DNA of 64,000 nucleotides, from positions 1 to 64,000 of the IMG/VR virus record IMGVR_UViG_3300021093_000045; one strand, 5' to 3'. The notes beneath the pieces were generated by a model. That model had not been told where the DNA came from. It was given only the letters and a program-made list of their open reading frames with translations, and searched no databases. The translations under genes were made by a program, and so were the position numbers. Of this stretch, positions 1 to 8,638 are shown piece by piece. The number at the start of each line of letters is the position of its first letter. The first letter of the stretch is position 1. The DNA is from a virus.

Positions 1-51
1 GCTCCGAGGTTAAAAAAGCCTCCGAAGGTTCAAATCCTTCTCCAACCGCCA
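1..51 (+). tRNA. 3' part of a class II tRNA, probably tRNA-Ser (truncated by window edge)
   Basis: Long variable arm (gagg...cctc), T-arm gaagg-ttcaaat-ccttc, ends G-CCA; anticodon is outside the window. Confidence 0.7.
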
Positions 52-53
52 TT

Positions 54-127
54 GCGGGTATAGCTCAATGGTAGAGTGTCAGTCTTCCAAACTGATTATG
101 TGAGTTCGATTCTCACTACCCGCTCCA
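54..127 (+). tRNA. tRNA-Gly(TCC)
   Basis: Acceptor gcgggta/tacccgc, anticodon arm tcagt-cttccaa-actga, T-loop ttcgatt, U discriminator and encoded CCA. Confidence 0.95.
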
Positions 128-133
128 TTTAAC

Positions 134-207
134 TGGGGATTTGCATAATGGTAGTGCAGGAGACTTTGGATCTCTTAGTGAAGGTTCGATTCCTTCATCC
201 CCTGCCA
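134..207 (+). tRNA. tRNA-Gln(TTG)
   Basis: Anticodon arm ggaga-ctttgga-tctct, T-arm gaagg-ttcgatt-ccttc, G-CCA end; first acceptor pair is a U-U mismatch. Confidence 0.92.
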
Positions 208-242
208 ATTTATTCGGAGTGACACTTTGATCATTTTAATAA

Positions 243-345
243 ACGTGTGTGTTGGGGGGTGACCCCAACAACGTGAGGGATGACGATACACCCCTGTAGT
301 CTGACCCGGACGAATCTGATCCAGATAGGATAGGGTTGATTTTAA
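243..345 (+). ncRNA. candidate structured ncRNA of unknown family
   Basis: GC-rich spacer within the tRNA array that folds into three hairpins (243-274, 276-295, 302-338); no tRNA cloverleaf. Confidence 0.45.
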
Positions 346-346
346 T

Positions 347-421
347 GGGCTGTTAGTGATAGTGGTAGCACGGGAGCTTTGCAAGCTTTAGGGAAGAGTT
401 CGATTCTCTTACGGTCCACCA
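347..421 (+). tRNA. tRNA-Ala(TGC)
   Basis: Acceptor gggctgt/acggtcc with G3:U70, anticodon loop tttgcaa, A-CCA end. Confidence 0.95.
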
Positions 422-474
422 TTTGAAATTAATGTTTGTTGTTAATCAACTATTTATTAATGTTCAAAGAGAGC

Positions 475-548
475 GCGGGTATGATGTAGTGGTAGCCTGC
501 AACCTTGCCAAGGTCGATGTGCCGGTTCAATTCCGGCTACCCGCTCCA
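475..548 (+). tRNA. tRNA-Gly(GCC)
   Basis: Acceptor gcgggta/tacccgc, anticodon loop ttgccaa, T-arm gccgg-ttcaatt-ccggc, U-CCA end. Confidence 0.95.
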
Positions 549-557
549 AAATTTTAT

Positions 558-943
558 GGGCGTATACTGGTTTCGATTTAGTAGTACACCTATGTTAGGC
601 ACGTAGAGGATGATAGTTGGCCTCTTTAAAACATCTATTATAACATTAACTGCTGAAGATAATGTAATCAGCTACGACTTCTCTTATGATGATGTTGTAG
701 CAGTTGCGGCTTAAGTTGTCGCACCATCCTTCACATTGAAGTCTGATATTTGTGTTGGGTGTAAATTATTGGACTGGATCAAATGTTTGGTTTGCGCAAA
801 TGATTGAGAAAATAGTAAATCTTAAGAGTAATATTTTTAGATATTTTTTATTATTACTTCCTAACAATTTAAAATATATAAACGTGTAGGCTGATATAAG
901 TTATCTATTAAAGACAAGGGTTCAACTCCCTTTACGTCCACCA
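558..943 (+). ncRNA. ssrA: tmRNA; tag ORF 652-714 encodes AEDNVISYDFSYDDVVAVAA*
   Basis: Ala-type acceptor gggcgta/tacgtcc-ACCA with G3:U, 5' ggtttcga motif, 3' T-arm aaggg-ttcaact-ccctt, taact|gct resume context and tag ending in AA. Confidence 0.93.
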
Positions 944-945
944 TT

Positions 946-1161
946 TTATTCAGATTCAAAGTCAATGTAGCTATCGATGATTATTACTCCGTTATCATTG
1001 ATATAACCTTCTTCAATCAAATACTTTGTAATTCGTTCTCTACAACAATCATCTTCATATACATCACATTTTTCTGGATGTCTCAATACTACAAATTTAT
1101 TTGCCCAGATAGTTATATTATGATTGTTTATATTAACTTCGTGAAAATTAACCTCTTCCAT
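946..1161 (-). CDS. hypothetical protein
   Basis: 71-aa ORF filling the gap between tmRNA and the next gene; TACTTAT motif upstream on the minus strand. Confidence 0.7.
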   Translation of the reverse strand: MEEVNFHEVNINNHNITIWANKFVVLRHPEKCDVYEDDCCRERITKYLIEEGYINDNGVIIIDSYIDFESE

Positions 1162-1186
1162 ACTAGATAAGTATATTTATACAAAG

Positions 1187-1597
1187 ATGAAAAGATATAG
1201 TTTATTATACGAGTCCAGTATATATGACTACTTGGTGTGGGAACCTAAAGGTCAATTAAAATATATTGCGGATAAACTTGATTTGGTACCAGACGATGAT
1301 GGTGTATTATATAGAGGAATGTCTGAGAAAGAATACAATATACTTAAAAAACAAGGTAAAGTTACTAGTAAAGGTAAAGGTAATACCAGAGACATTGTTG
1401 GTAGTTATTTAGCTAGCGATTTTAAATTGGCAGCAAGATTTGCCTTAGTCAATTATAGAGATAAGGGTGAAGGTATAATAGTAGTGATTGACAAAACTAA
1501 ATTACCTGATTTAAAAAATGTAGATCCAGGCAATTATGTTACTAGTTATATACCAATAGAAGCAGTAAAACAAATTATAGACTTGAAAAAGTTATGA
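1187..1597 (+). CDS. putative ADP-ribosyltransferase-fold protein
   Basis: VLYRGMS strand, SYLASD..AARFA segment and C-terminal IP..AV resemble the ART fold; no obvious catalytic Glu. Confidence 0.5.
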   Translation: MKRYSLLYESSIYDYLVWEPKGQLKYIADKLDLVPDDDGVLYRGMSEKEYNILKKQGKVTSKGKGNTRDIVGSYLASDFKLAARFALVNYRDKGEGIIVVIDKTKLPDLKNVDPGNYVTSYIPIEAVKQIIDLKKL

Positions 1598-1773
1598 GTA
1601 ATATTAAACTAACAAAACAACAAGCAGAACAAAAGGTATATGAGTTAACTGAAAAACTTCTTTATGTAAAGAAAGATTTCAAGGATGTAGCTTCTGGATA
1701 TAAAGAAAAAATGAAAGAAATCGAAAACGAAATTAAGGCAATTGTGGAAGAAGCATCAACTAGTAATCCTTAA
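1594..1773 (+). CDS. small coiled-coil hypothetical protein (59 aa, not in ORF track)
   Basis: MSNIKLTKQQAEQKVYELTEKLL...STSNP*; ATGA overlap with the upstream stop. Confidence 0.75.
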   Translation: MSNIKLTKQQAEQKVYELTEKLLYVKKDFKDVASGYKEKMKEIENEIKAIVEEASTSNP

Positions 1774-1872
1774 TTTTTAATACTAATTTTTTTTAATTTA
1801 AATTACTTTCAAGAAATGTTTTTTTACTTTTCTTTTATTTTTTTCCTATATAAGTAACTTTAAAGATTAGTA

Positions 1873-1900
1873 TTGACAAACACAGAATATTTTGTATACT
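1873..1900 (+). promoter_or_regulatory. sigma70-type early promoter
   Basis: TTGACA (1873-1878), 16 bp, TATACT (1895-1900). Confidence 0.55.
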
Positions 1901-1978
1901 ATGAATAGTATTTCTCAGGCTGATAATCTGAGATTGTTTAGATCATATCAAATATTAACCACAAAATTATATTATATA

Positions 1979-2182
1979 ATGCAAACCAAAGAAAAGAAAG
2001 TAGTAATTGAAAATGCATCGGATAGGTACGTAGTTATGAGAAATGGAGCCAGAGTCTCAGATGAAGAATATGCGAATAAAGACGCAGCTAAGTCTGAGTA
2101 TGATCACTGGACTCGTATTATTACAAGATGGCCAGATGGAAGTAAGTTGGAGATTGTAAACTTATCAAGGAGAGTAAAGTAA
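1979..2182 (+). CDS. hypothetical protein (start probably ATG 1979)
   Basis: Open frame; the upstream extension to 1892 overlaps the promoter. Confidence 0.7.
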   Translation: MQTKEKKVVIENASDRYVVMRNGARVSDEEYANKDAAKSEYDHWTRIITRWPDGSKLEIVNLSRRVK

Positions 2183-2183
2183 T

Positions 2184-2405
2184 ATGGGATTGAGAGAACA
2201 AATTAAAACAGCTGCTTCAGAATCGGATGTTACATCATTATTATTAAAGGGTCAAACATTTGATCTAGTTTCAGATAGAACCAAGAGATCGTGGAAGTCT
2301 ACTGCGAGAGTTAGGTTAACACAATTATTGAACATTGATCCGACACAATCATCAGAGAAATCTGTTGAGAAAAAGAAAAACAAAACTGGTAAAAAGAGTA
2401 AGTAA
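2184..2405 (+). CDS. hypothetical protein with basic C-terminus
   Basis: 73-aa ORF with aggag upstream, followed by a terminator. Confidence 0.75.
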   Translation: MGLREQIKTAASESDVTSLLLKGQTFDLVSDRTKRSWKSTARVRLTQLLNIDPTQSSEKSVEKKKNKTGKKSK

Positions 2406-2431
2406 AGTTTAGTATAAATTAGAATTATTTG

Positions 2432-2462
2432 AAAGCGTCACTGAAAAGTGACGCTTTTATTT
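2432..2462 (+). terminator. intrinsic terminator
   Basis: aaagcgtcact-gaaa-agtgacgcttt followed by a T-rich tail. Confidence 0.8.
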
Positions 2463-2504
2463 TTGTCTAATTGTATTGATTTTTGATATATATAATCAGT
2501 TATT

Positions 2505-2855
2505 ATGTCTAAAAAATTTTCCGCGATGATATTACCATGTGAGTATGATGAGATGGAAAAATACATCATTGAAAATAAAACTATATTGACAAAAAAGGTT
2601 GTTGATTCAATCGAACACGCACTGAACAACAAACTAACTAATATAGAAGTTTTTAAATTTAAGAATAGTGATTATATCGTTTTACTCAATTCGTTATCAT
2701 TCAAAGAAAACTTAGAGTTTATTTTTAAATACTACATTGAGACAGAACAATATGAGTATTGTCAATGTGTAAAAAAAGTACAAAAATTATTAGATACCAA
2801 AAATGAGCAAAAAAAAAGATACAAGCCCAAAGGTTCACCAAAACACAAAAATTAA
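2505..2855 (+). CDS. hypothetical protein
   Basis: 116-aa ORF with a C-terminal EQYEYC..VK segment reminiscent of a UVR-type helical hairpin. Confidence 0.75.
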   Translation: MSKKFSAMILPCEYDEMEKYIIENKTILTKKVVDSIEHALNNKLTNIEVFKFKNSDYIVLLNSLSFKENLEFIFKYYIETEQYEYCQCVKKVQKLLDTKNEQKKRYKPKGSPKHKN

Positions 2856-3513
2856 AGACTCGATTCAAATAAAAAGTGTAGAGTTAACTGAAAAACAAAA
2901 AGAGCTCATAAACATATTAACTAATAAAAACTCAAAACTCGTATTTATATCCGGTCCTGCAGGTACAAGTAAAACGTATACCTCAGTATTATCTGGGTTG
3001 AATCTAATTAATGATAAAAGAGTTAGCGAAATTATATATGTTCGCAGCGCTGTAGAAAGTAGTGATAGTAAATTGGGATTTTTACCTGGTGAAATGGATG
3101 AAAAAATGAGTCCATACGTACAACCTCTTATTGATAAACTAGAGGAATTACTACCAAGATCAGATATCGAAAAACTTAAAAAGGAAGAACGTATACATGG
3201 TTTTCCAGTAAACTTTTTACGTGGTTTGAACTGGAATGCTAAAGTTATAGTAGCTGATGAAGCTCAAAATATGACTAAAAAAGAGCTTGTAACTCTTATA
3301 ACCCGCGTTGGTGAGTTTAGTAAGTTATATGTTTGTGGTGATCCAGACCAAAGTGATATCAATGGTAAAAGTGGATTTTCTTCTGTTATGAATATATTTG
3401 ATGATGAAGAAAGTAAAAGCAATGGAATTTATATCTTCAAATTTGCAGAAGAAGACATTGTTCGCAGCGGATTGGTCAAATATATATTAAAAAAACTAAA
3501 AAAGTTAAATTAA
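2803..3513 (+). CDS. phoH: PhoH-family ATPase
   Basis: GPAGTSKT Walker A, LGFLPG, FLRG, ADEAQN and GDPDQSD motifs. Confidence 0.95.
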   Translation: MSKKKDTSPKVHQNTKIKDSIQIKSVELTEKQKELINILTNKNSKLVFISGPAGTSKTYTSVLSGLNLINDKRVSEIIYVRSAVESSDSKLGFLPGEMDEKMSPYVQPLIDKLEELLPRSDIEKLKKEERIHGFPVNFLRGLNWNAKVIVADEAQNMTKKELVTLITRVGEFSKLYVCGDPDQSDINGKSGFSSVMNIFDDEESKSNGIYIFKFAEEDIVRSGLVKYILKKLKKLN

Positions 3514-3529
3514 TTAATAATTATATAGT

Positions 3530-4828
3530 ATGGCAGTAGTAATATCAAATAGAGGTAGATTGATATCGGATCTCACTCCAGCAACAACTTTGAGTGGAAA
3601 TGATCTATTAGTTATTCAATCTTTAAACGCATCAAATAATTTAACAAGAAAAACAACTTTAACAACGTTGTCAGATTTTGTATTATCAACATTTGGCTCA
3701 TTTCCAGATGCGGTTGATTTTCAAAATGCTGATAATCGTTTTACTGGATCTTTTTTCAATCCAAATGGAAAGACTTCCAACTTACATACAGTTACTATAC
3801 GTTCAAATTTAACTATGGGTGCTGGTAGTACTGCTACTATTAGTCCAACAAATTTAACATTTATTCCTGCAAATGGTTCATCGTTTCAAACTAAAGTTGT
3901 AAATACAATAGGTGGTATAACAGGTAGTGCGAATACAGGTTTCACCGGTAGTTTAAAAGGCAGATTGACTGGCAATGTAACTGGTAATATAATTGGTAAC
4001 GTAACTGGTAATTTGACGGGTAACGTAACTGGTAATGTAAATGGTAATTTAACAGGCGACGTCACGGGTAATTCAGTTGGTAATTTAACAGGTGATGTTT
4101 TAAATGCTAATTCAAATAAAATATTAGAAAATGGAAGTGGAACCGCAACTGCAAATGGCGGATATCCGAACGCATTCTTTTACGGAACATCATCTTACGC
4201 TACACAAGCATTAACTGCAGCTTTTGCTTCTTCGGGCACTGGGGCTTTACCTGGTGGTGGTAGTCAATATCAAGTCGTAATAAAGGATGGTAGTGGTGGA
4301 GCAACATGGAGTACTCCAATAACAAGAAGTGGTGTACCAACTGCAAATTATGTTTCATATTGGACTGATAGTAAAACATTGGCAGCGTCAAATATGGCGT
4401 TTTTTAATGGTATCGATACTTTTCAAGTTACCAATTTTACTGCTACTGGAATAATTACTGCTAATTCTAGTATTACTGGATCTTTATATGGAGCAGTAAC
4501 ATCGCCACCATCAAGTGTAACACTAGCAGCTAGTGCTACCGCTACTATTAATGGCGATTTATATCCATCAAGTAAACTAACTGTAAATGGTACAGGTGGT
4601 ACTGTCACCATAAATTTAAGAAAGGGTAAAACCTGTACAGTATATGTGCATAATGCAGGTGCTTTCACGTTGACATGGAATGCTAGTATAGATGGTGGAT
4701 CATCAACCACATCAATATATTGGAAAAATGGAATTGCACCTACATTAACAGCATTTGGAAAGGACGTATTCACATTTGTTAATATAGATGATAATGTATT
4801 TGCATCTGCGATACAAAATTTTAGCTGA
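3530..4828 (+). CDS. tail fibre / virion fibre-like protein
   Basis: N-terminal ISDL..ATTL.G.D attachment-like motif, G-N-(V/L)-T repeats, G/S/T-rich beta-strand composition. Confidence 0.7.
   Translation: MAVVISNRGRLISDLTPATTLSGNDLLVIQSLNASNNLTRKTTLTTLSDFVLSTFGSFPDAVDFQNADNRFTGSFFNPNGKTSNLHTVTIRSNLTMGAGSTATISPTNLTFIPANGSSFQTKVVNTIGGITGSANTGFTGSLKGRLTGNVTGNIIGNVTGNLTGNVTGNVNGNLTGDVTGNSVGNLTGDVLNANSNKILENGSGTATANGGYPNAFFYGTSSYATQALTAAFASSGTGALPGGGSQYQVVIKDGSGGATWSTPITRSGVPTANYVSYWTDSKTLAASNMAFFNGIDTFQVTNFTATGIITANSSITGSLYGAVTSPPSSVTLAASATATINGDLYPSSKLTVNGTGGTVTINLRKGKTCTVYVHNAGAFTLTWNASIDGGSSTTSIYWKNGIAPTLTAFGKDVFTFVNIDDNVFASAIQNFS
3967..4100 (+). repeat. 12-bp/4-aa G-N-(V/L)-T coding repeat
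   Basis: LTGNVTGNIIGNVTGNLTGNVTGNVNGNLTGDVTGNSVGNLTGDV. Confidence 0.85.
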
Positions 4829-4829
4829 T

Positions 4830-5267
4830 ATGATTCAGAATTTTTCATTTTGGCAACAAGTTGTATCTGGTGGAGGAACCAGCTATAGTTTTAGCAATTA
4901 TTATAGTAGTTTTTCTGCAGGTAAAACCACGATTAGAAATTTAATATTAGCGCAAAGTTTAAGTAATATTGGTGCTGATACTAGAAAGGTGTTACAATTT
5001 GTCGTTAATAGGTTAACAACGGTAACAGATGTTTCTAATACGAATTCATGGGCGCCATACGGTACAACAACAATTAATTATGATTTAACATATCCAACTA
5101 AAATTCCTAATCCTGTAGTTCCTACAGGACATAATATTGTAACATTTGAAATCAGAAAAGATTTAGATAATTCTTTAGTTGCCGATGGGGAGCTACAATT
5201 TTTAGATAATGATGCATCATTTGAATCTTATATTCAAATAGACTTTATTATATCGCAAGTTATATAA
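4830..5267 (+). CDS. hypothetical virion-associated protein (start probably 4830)
   Basis: ORF directly follows the fibre gene stop codon. Confidence 0.65.
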   Translation: MIQNFSFWQQVVSGGGTSYSFSNYYSSFSAGKTTIRNLILAQSLSNIGADTRKVLQFVVNRLTTVTDVSNTNSWAPYGTTTINYDLTYPTKIPNPVVPTGHNIVTFEIRKDLDNSLVADGELQFLDNDASFESYIQIDFIISQVI

Positions 5268-5288
5268 TCGAGATTATACTTATAATAT

Positions 5289-6827
5289 ATGTCAACACCT
5301 TGTAATAGTCTAAATGTTCAACTTATCAAAGTAAGTAAATTAGCTAGCTATAGCGCTTTAAAAGATAGTGATGTAATTCTAACAATAGAAAATACGAGCG
5401 GTAATTTATATTCTCGTAAAAGTACTCTCGCAAACCTATTGAATTATGTTGGCAATAATCCAAATGCCAAATTTACGGGATCGTTTTCGGGAAGTTTTAA
5501 AGGAAAAGCCAGTGGTAGCTTTAGTGGAAGCTTTTATGGTACATCAACATTTTCTCAAACATCATCATATTTACGTCAAACAAATCAGAACACATCAAAG
5601 GGCGTCGGATACTTTGATGGTACGAGATTAACAAGTGCTCCAGGATTAATATTTGAAAATAATTCCGGCGGAGTTAAATCATTAAATATATCATCATCAC
5701 TTGCATTTAATTATCTAGTTATTGCTAGCAGAGGTAGTTCTGGATTTAATCAAGCGGGTATAGCGTTAGCAAATTATAATAATAGTAAACCATATCCAAA
5801 TTATTCAGCGTGGACCTTGTTGAGCACTGATAGTGGTAGTTTAGTATTTGTCGCCCCAATTGGATCAAATGCCTTTTCATCATCCGGCATTGTTGCTAAA
5901 TCTACAACCGGCGAGTGTTATGGTATGGTTCAACGAAGAAATGGATTCTATTTCTGGCCATACATGTCCCTTAATACCCCAAGTAGAGATGGTGCAATCG
6001 GTATAGGTGTACAACCTCCAAGCACATCTACTGGTGCATTTAGTGAATATTTAAGAGCTAAGTTACAAATTAATATGTATAGTGGTAGTGGAGAAGGAGC
6101 ATGGACTCCACAAGCAACTGTAGAACATAGATCCACAGCAATATTGGTTAATTATGGATCATCAAGTGCTGCATTTCCAAATTTAACAAAGACATTTTTT
6201 GTTTCTGGTAGTGGTAACACTTATATTCATGGTAAGTTAAATGTAAATGGTGGTATTACAGGGTCATTCTATGGTAAAACACCATTTAAAACACTTAATG
6301 GCAAATCTGTTAGTTTCTGGGGTACAGGCAGTCATGCTGTATCTTCTAGTTATGCAAAAACTGCCAGTTATATAGCAGGTGGTAGTGCCGCTGGTTTAAT
6401 CAAATCCGCCAACTCAGTTCAATCTTCAACTCAAGCTGTCGGGGCCGGCGTAACGTGGACAGACACCGCTTTGGCGATTACTATAACACCAAATTCTTCC
6501 ACTTCTAAAATTTTGATAAATGCTTCAATTGTGTTGGCAAATGGTAATGCTCCCGGAAATGCTATAGCGGGGTTATGGGTTTTAGAAGGTGGAACATATA
6601 CGCCATTGATTGAACAATTTACCAGTGTTGATGGAAGTACCTTTGATGCACAACCATCATCTACTACATATTTACATACGGCTGGATCTACAACATCACG
6701 TACCTATTTGGTCAGAGTAAAGGGTGATACTGCGAGTTCAGGTTGGTATATAAATAGATCTCATTATTCTATTGCTTCAGGATATTCTGCAACTTCTTCA
6801 ATGACATTGTTAGAATTTTTATTATAG
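5289..6827 (+). CDS. tail fibre / virion fibre-like protein
   Basis: N-terminus resembles that of 3530; FSGS/TGS repeats; C-terminal beta-sandwich (ITP.S..SKILI...SSMTLLE) typical of fibre tips. Confidence 0.7.
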   Translation: MSTPCNSLNVQLIKVSKLASYSALKDSDVILTIENTSGNLYSRKSTLANLLNYVGNNPNAKFTGSFSGSFKGKASGSFSGSFYGTSTFSQTSSYLRQTNQNTSKGVGYFDGTRLTSAPGLIFENNSGGVKSLNISSSLAFNYLVIASRGSSGFNQAGIALANYNNSKPYPNYSAWTLLSTDSGSLVFVAPIGSNAFSSSGIVAKSTTGECYGMVQRRNGFYFWPYMSLNTPSRDGAIGIGVQPPSTSTGAFSEYLRAKLQINMYSGSGEGAWTPQATVEHRSTAILVNYGSSSAAFPNLTKTFFVSGSGNTYIHGKLNVNGGITGSFYGKTPFKTLNGKSVSFWGTGSHAVSSSYAKTASYIAGGSAAGLIKSANSVQSSTQAVGAGVTWTDTALAITITPNSSTSKILINASIVLANGNAPGNAIAGLWVLEGGTYTPLIEQFTSVDGSTFDAQPSSTTYLHTAGSTTSRTYLVRVKGDTASSGWYINRSHYSIASGYSATSSMTLLEFLL

Positions 6828-6830
6828 TTC

Positions 6831-6858
6831 TTGACATTTTTCGAAAGGTGTGTAATAT
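6831..6858 (+). promoter_or_regulatory. sigma70-type promoter for hsp20
   Basis: TTGACA at 6831, 16 bp, TAATAT at 6853. Confidence 0.45.
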
Positions 6859-6964
6859 ATATTATCAGATGGTGATATTATAGACACTATCTACTATAGT
6901 GCTCGAGTGAGGCTATTAGGTTAATAAGTTCAACTGAATTATTAAAAAAAAGAAAGGTAAATAT

Positions 6965-7450
6965 ATGTCAGTAGTAAGATATAATAGTCCGTTTGCATTG
7001 CGTCACATTGATCGTGACGAATTTCTAACTCCATTTGACCGCGTATTTGATGAAGTATTTGCGGCTCATTTCCCAGAATTAAATAAAGAATTGGGAGTGG
7101 GTTTCTTCGAAAAACAAAGTTATCCCCGTGTAGATGTAGTCGATTACAATGATCGCGTCGAAATTCTAGCAGAAATTCCAGGTCTAAGTAAAGACGAAGT
7201 ATCGGTTGAAGTACAAGAAAATGTACTTACCATTAGTGGTCAAAAGATCAAAAATGTGGAAGATAAAGAATCTACTGGAAAATATATTCGTAGAGAATTA
7301 AAACATAGTAGCTTTAAGAGAAGCTTCACTCTAGGTGATCAAATTAATAAAAATTCTCCTCAGGCTAAATTTGAGAATGGTTTGTTATCCATCACATTAT
7401 CAAAGGTTAAACCCACCATTCCTGAAACAAAGAAGATAAAGATCAATTAA
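6965..7450 (+). CDS. small heat shock protein Hsp20
   Basis: Alpha-crystallin motifs PRVDV, AEIPG, LTISG, SFKRSFTL, AKFENGLL, C-terminal IxI; gaaagg RBS. Confidence 0.95.
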   Translation: MSVVRYNSPFALRHIDRDEFLTPFDRVFDEVFAAHFPELNKELGVGFFEKQSYPRVDVVDYNDRVEILAEIPGLSKDEVSVEVQENVLTISGQKIKNVEDKESTGKYIRRELKHSSFKRSFTLGDQINKNSPQAKFENGLLSITLSKVKPTIPETKKIKIN

Positions 7451-7468
7451 TTTGATTTAGGTTATGTT

Positions 7469-7498
7469 AACCCCGTTATTAAATTAACGGGGTTTTTT
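7469..7498 (+). terminator. intrinsic terminator
   Basis: aaccccgtta-ttaaat-taacggggtt plus T run. Confidence 0.85.
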
Positions 7499-7519
7499 AT
7501 TTAATTAATATTTATATAT

Positions 7520-8572
7520 ATGATACAATTTAAACATCTAATCATATTTACATCACTACTAATAGCTGGGTGTGCTGCATATTTTAGTGTATATGGTATT
7601 GGAATGCTATTTTCTGGTGCCACACTAGCGGCTATGATTATGGCATCGGCGTTAGAACTTGGTAAACTTGTTACAACATCTTGGCTCTTTAGATATTGGA
7701 AACGTGCTAATATATTGTTGAAGTTGTATATGATTTTTGCAGTATTTGCTTTAATGTTTATTACATCGTTGGGTGTATTTGGATTTTTAACCTCTGCATT
7801 TCAAAAGTCTTCATTAGAAACGGAAGTATCAACAGCTAAAATTGCTGCATTTGAATCACAAAAAGTAGAAGAGTTGAAAAAGATTGAATCTACCACGATA
7901 TCTATAAGTAATTTGTTTAAATTAAGATCTTCTCAAGAGGCAAGATTGTCAGAAACATTAACAAATGTAGTAATTGCAAGAAATCCAATTCAGTTTCAAA
8001 ATCTTCAAAACCAAATTAACGATCAAATTGAAGGTTTGAATAAACAAATGGAAACTGAAAATGAAAAGCTTAAAATTTCTGGGGATAGGTTATCAAAAAT
8101 AGATGAAGACGTATTCAAACTTAAAATTGAAAATAGTCAGAAAAAAGATATAACTACATTTAAATTTGTTGCGGATGAATTTAATACAACCATTCAAAAA
8201 GTGGCAAAATGGTTTATAATAATATTAATTATTGTATTTGATCCATTAGCAATCGTTTTGCTTTTAGCCTATAATATCATAACAAATAATAACTATGAAA
8301 AAGAATCAAAACATTATCAAATATACAAAAAAGAAGATATCAAAGAATCTTCCACAACTGACTCTGTTCAAACTAGTTCAATATCAGATTCAGAACAACC
8401 TAACAACGCTAATAACGATGTTAAAATCGTTGAAAAAATTGTGGAAAAACCAGTCGAAGTTGTAAAGATTGTGGAAAAACCAGTCGAAGTTGTAAAGGAA
8501 GTGGAAAAAGTAGTAGAAAAAATTGTTAAACAAAAGAATGAAAGTGTTAGAGGTGCGTTTGCTAGTTTTTAA
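7520..8572 (+). CDS. membrane protein with coiled coil and C-terminal VEKPVE repeats
   Basis: Three N-terminal hydrophobic helices, long coiled coil, TM helix with FDPLA, VEKIVEKPVEVVK repeats. Confidence 0.85.
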   Translation: MIQFKHLIIFTSLLIAGCAAYFSVYGIGMLFSGATLAAMIMASALELGKLVTTSWLFRYWKRANILLKLYMIFAVFALMFITSLGVFGFLTSAFQKSSLETEVSTAKIAAFESQKVEELKKIESTTISISNLFKLRSSQEARLSETLTNVVIARNPIQFQNLQNQINDQIEGLNKQMETENEKLKISGDRLSKIDEDVFKLKIENSQKKDITTFKFVADEFNTTIQKVAKWFIIILIIVFDPLAIVLLLAYNIITNNNYEKESKHYQIYKKEDIKESSTTDSVQTSSISDSEQPNNANNDVKIVEKIVEKPVEVVKIVEKPVEVVKEVEKVVEKIVKQKNESVRGAFASF

Positions 8573-8638
8573 ATAAAAAAATTATTTTGAAACATTCGTA
8601 ATATATATTTTATACTTGAGGTGAAAAATCGAATATAT

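Noticed and set aside
296-330. Hammerhead ribozyme (ctga...cgaa)
   Set aside because: The CUGANGA and GAAA core is not satisfied and the stems do not match the topology.
175-384. Minus-strand 69-aa ORF
   Set aside because: Lies antisense to tRNA-Gln, the structured spacer and tRNA-Ala; a shadow ORF.
6896-6916. CIRCE operator upstream of hsp20
   Set aside because: The inverted repeat does not match TTAGCACTC-N9-GAGTGCTAA in sequence or spacing.
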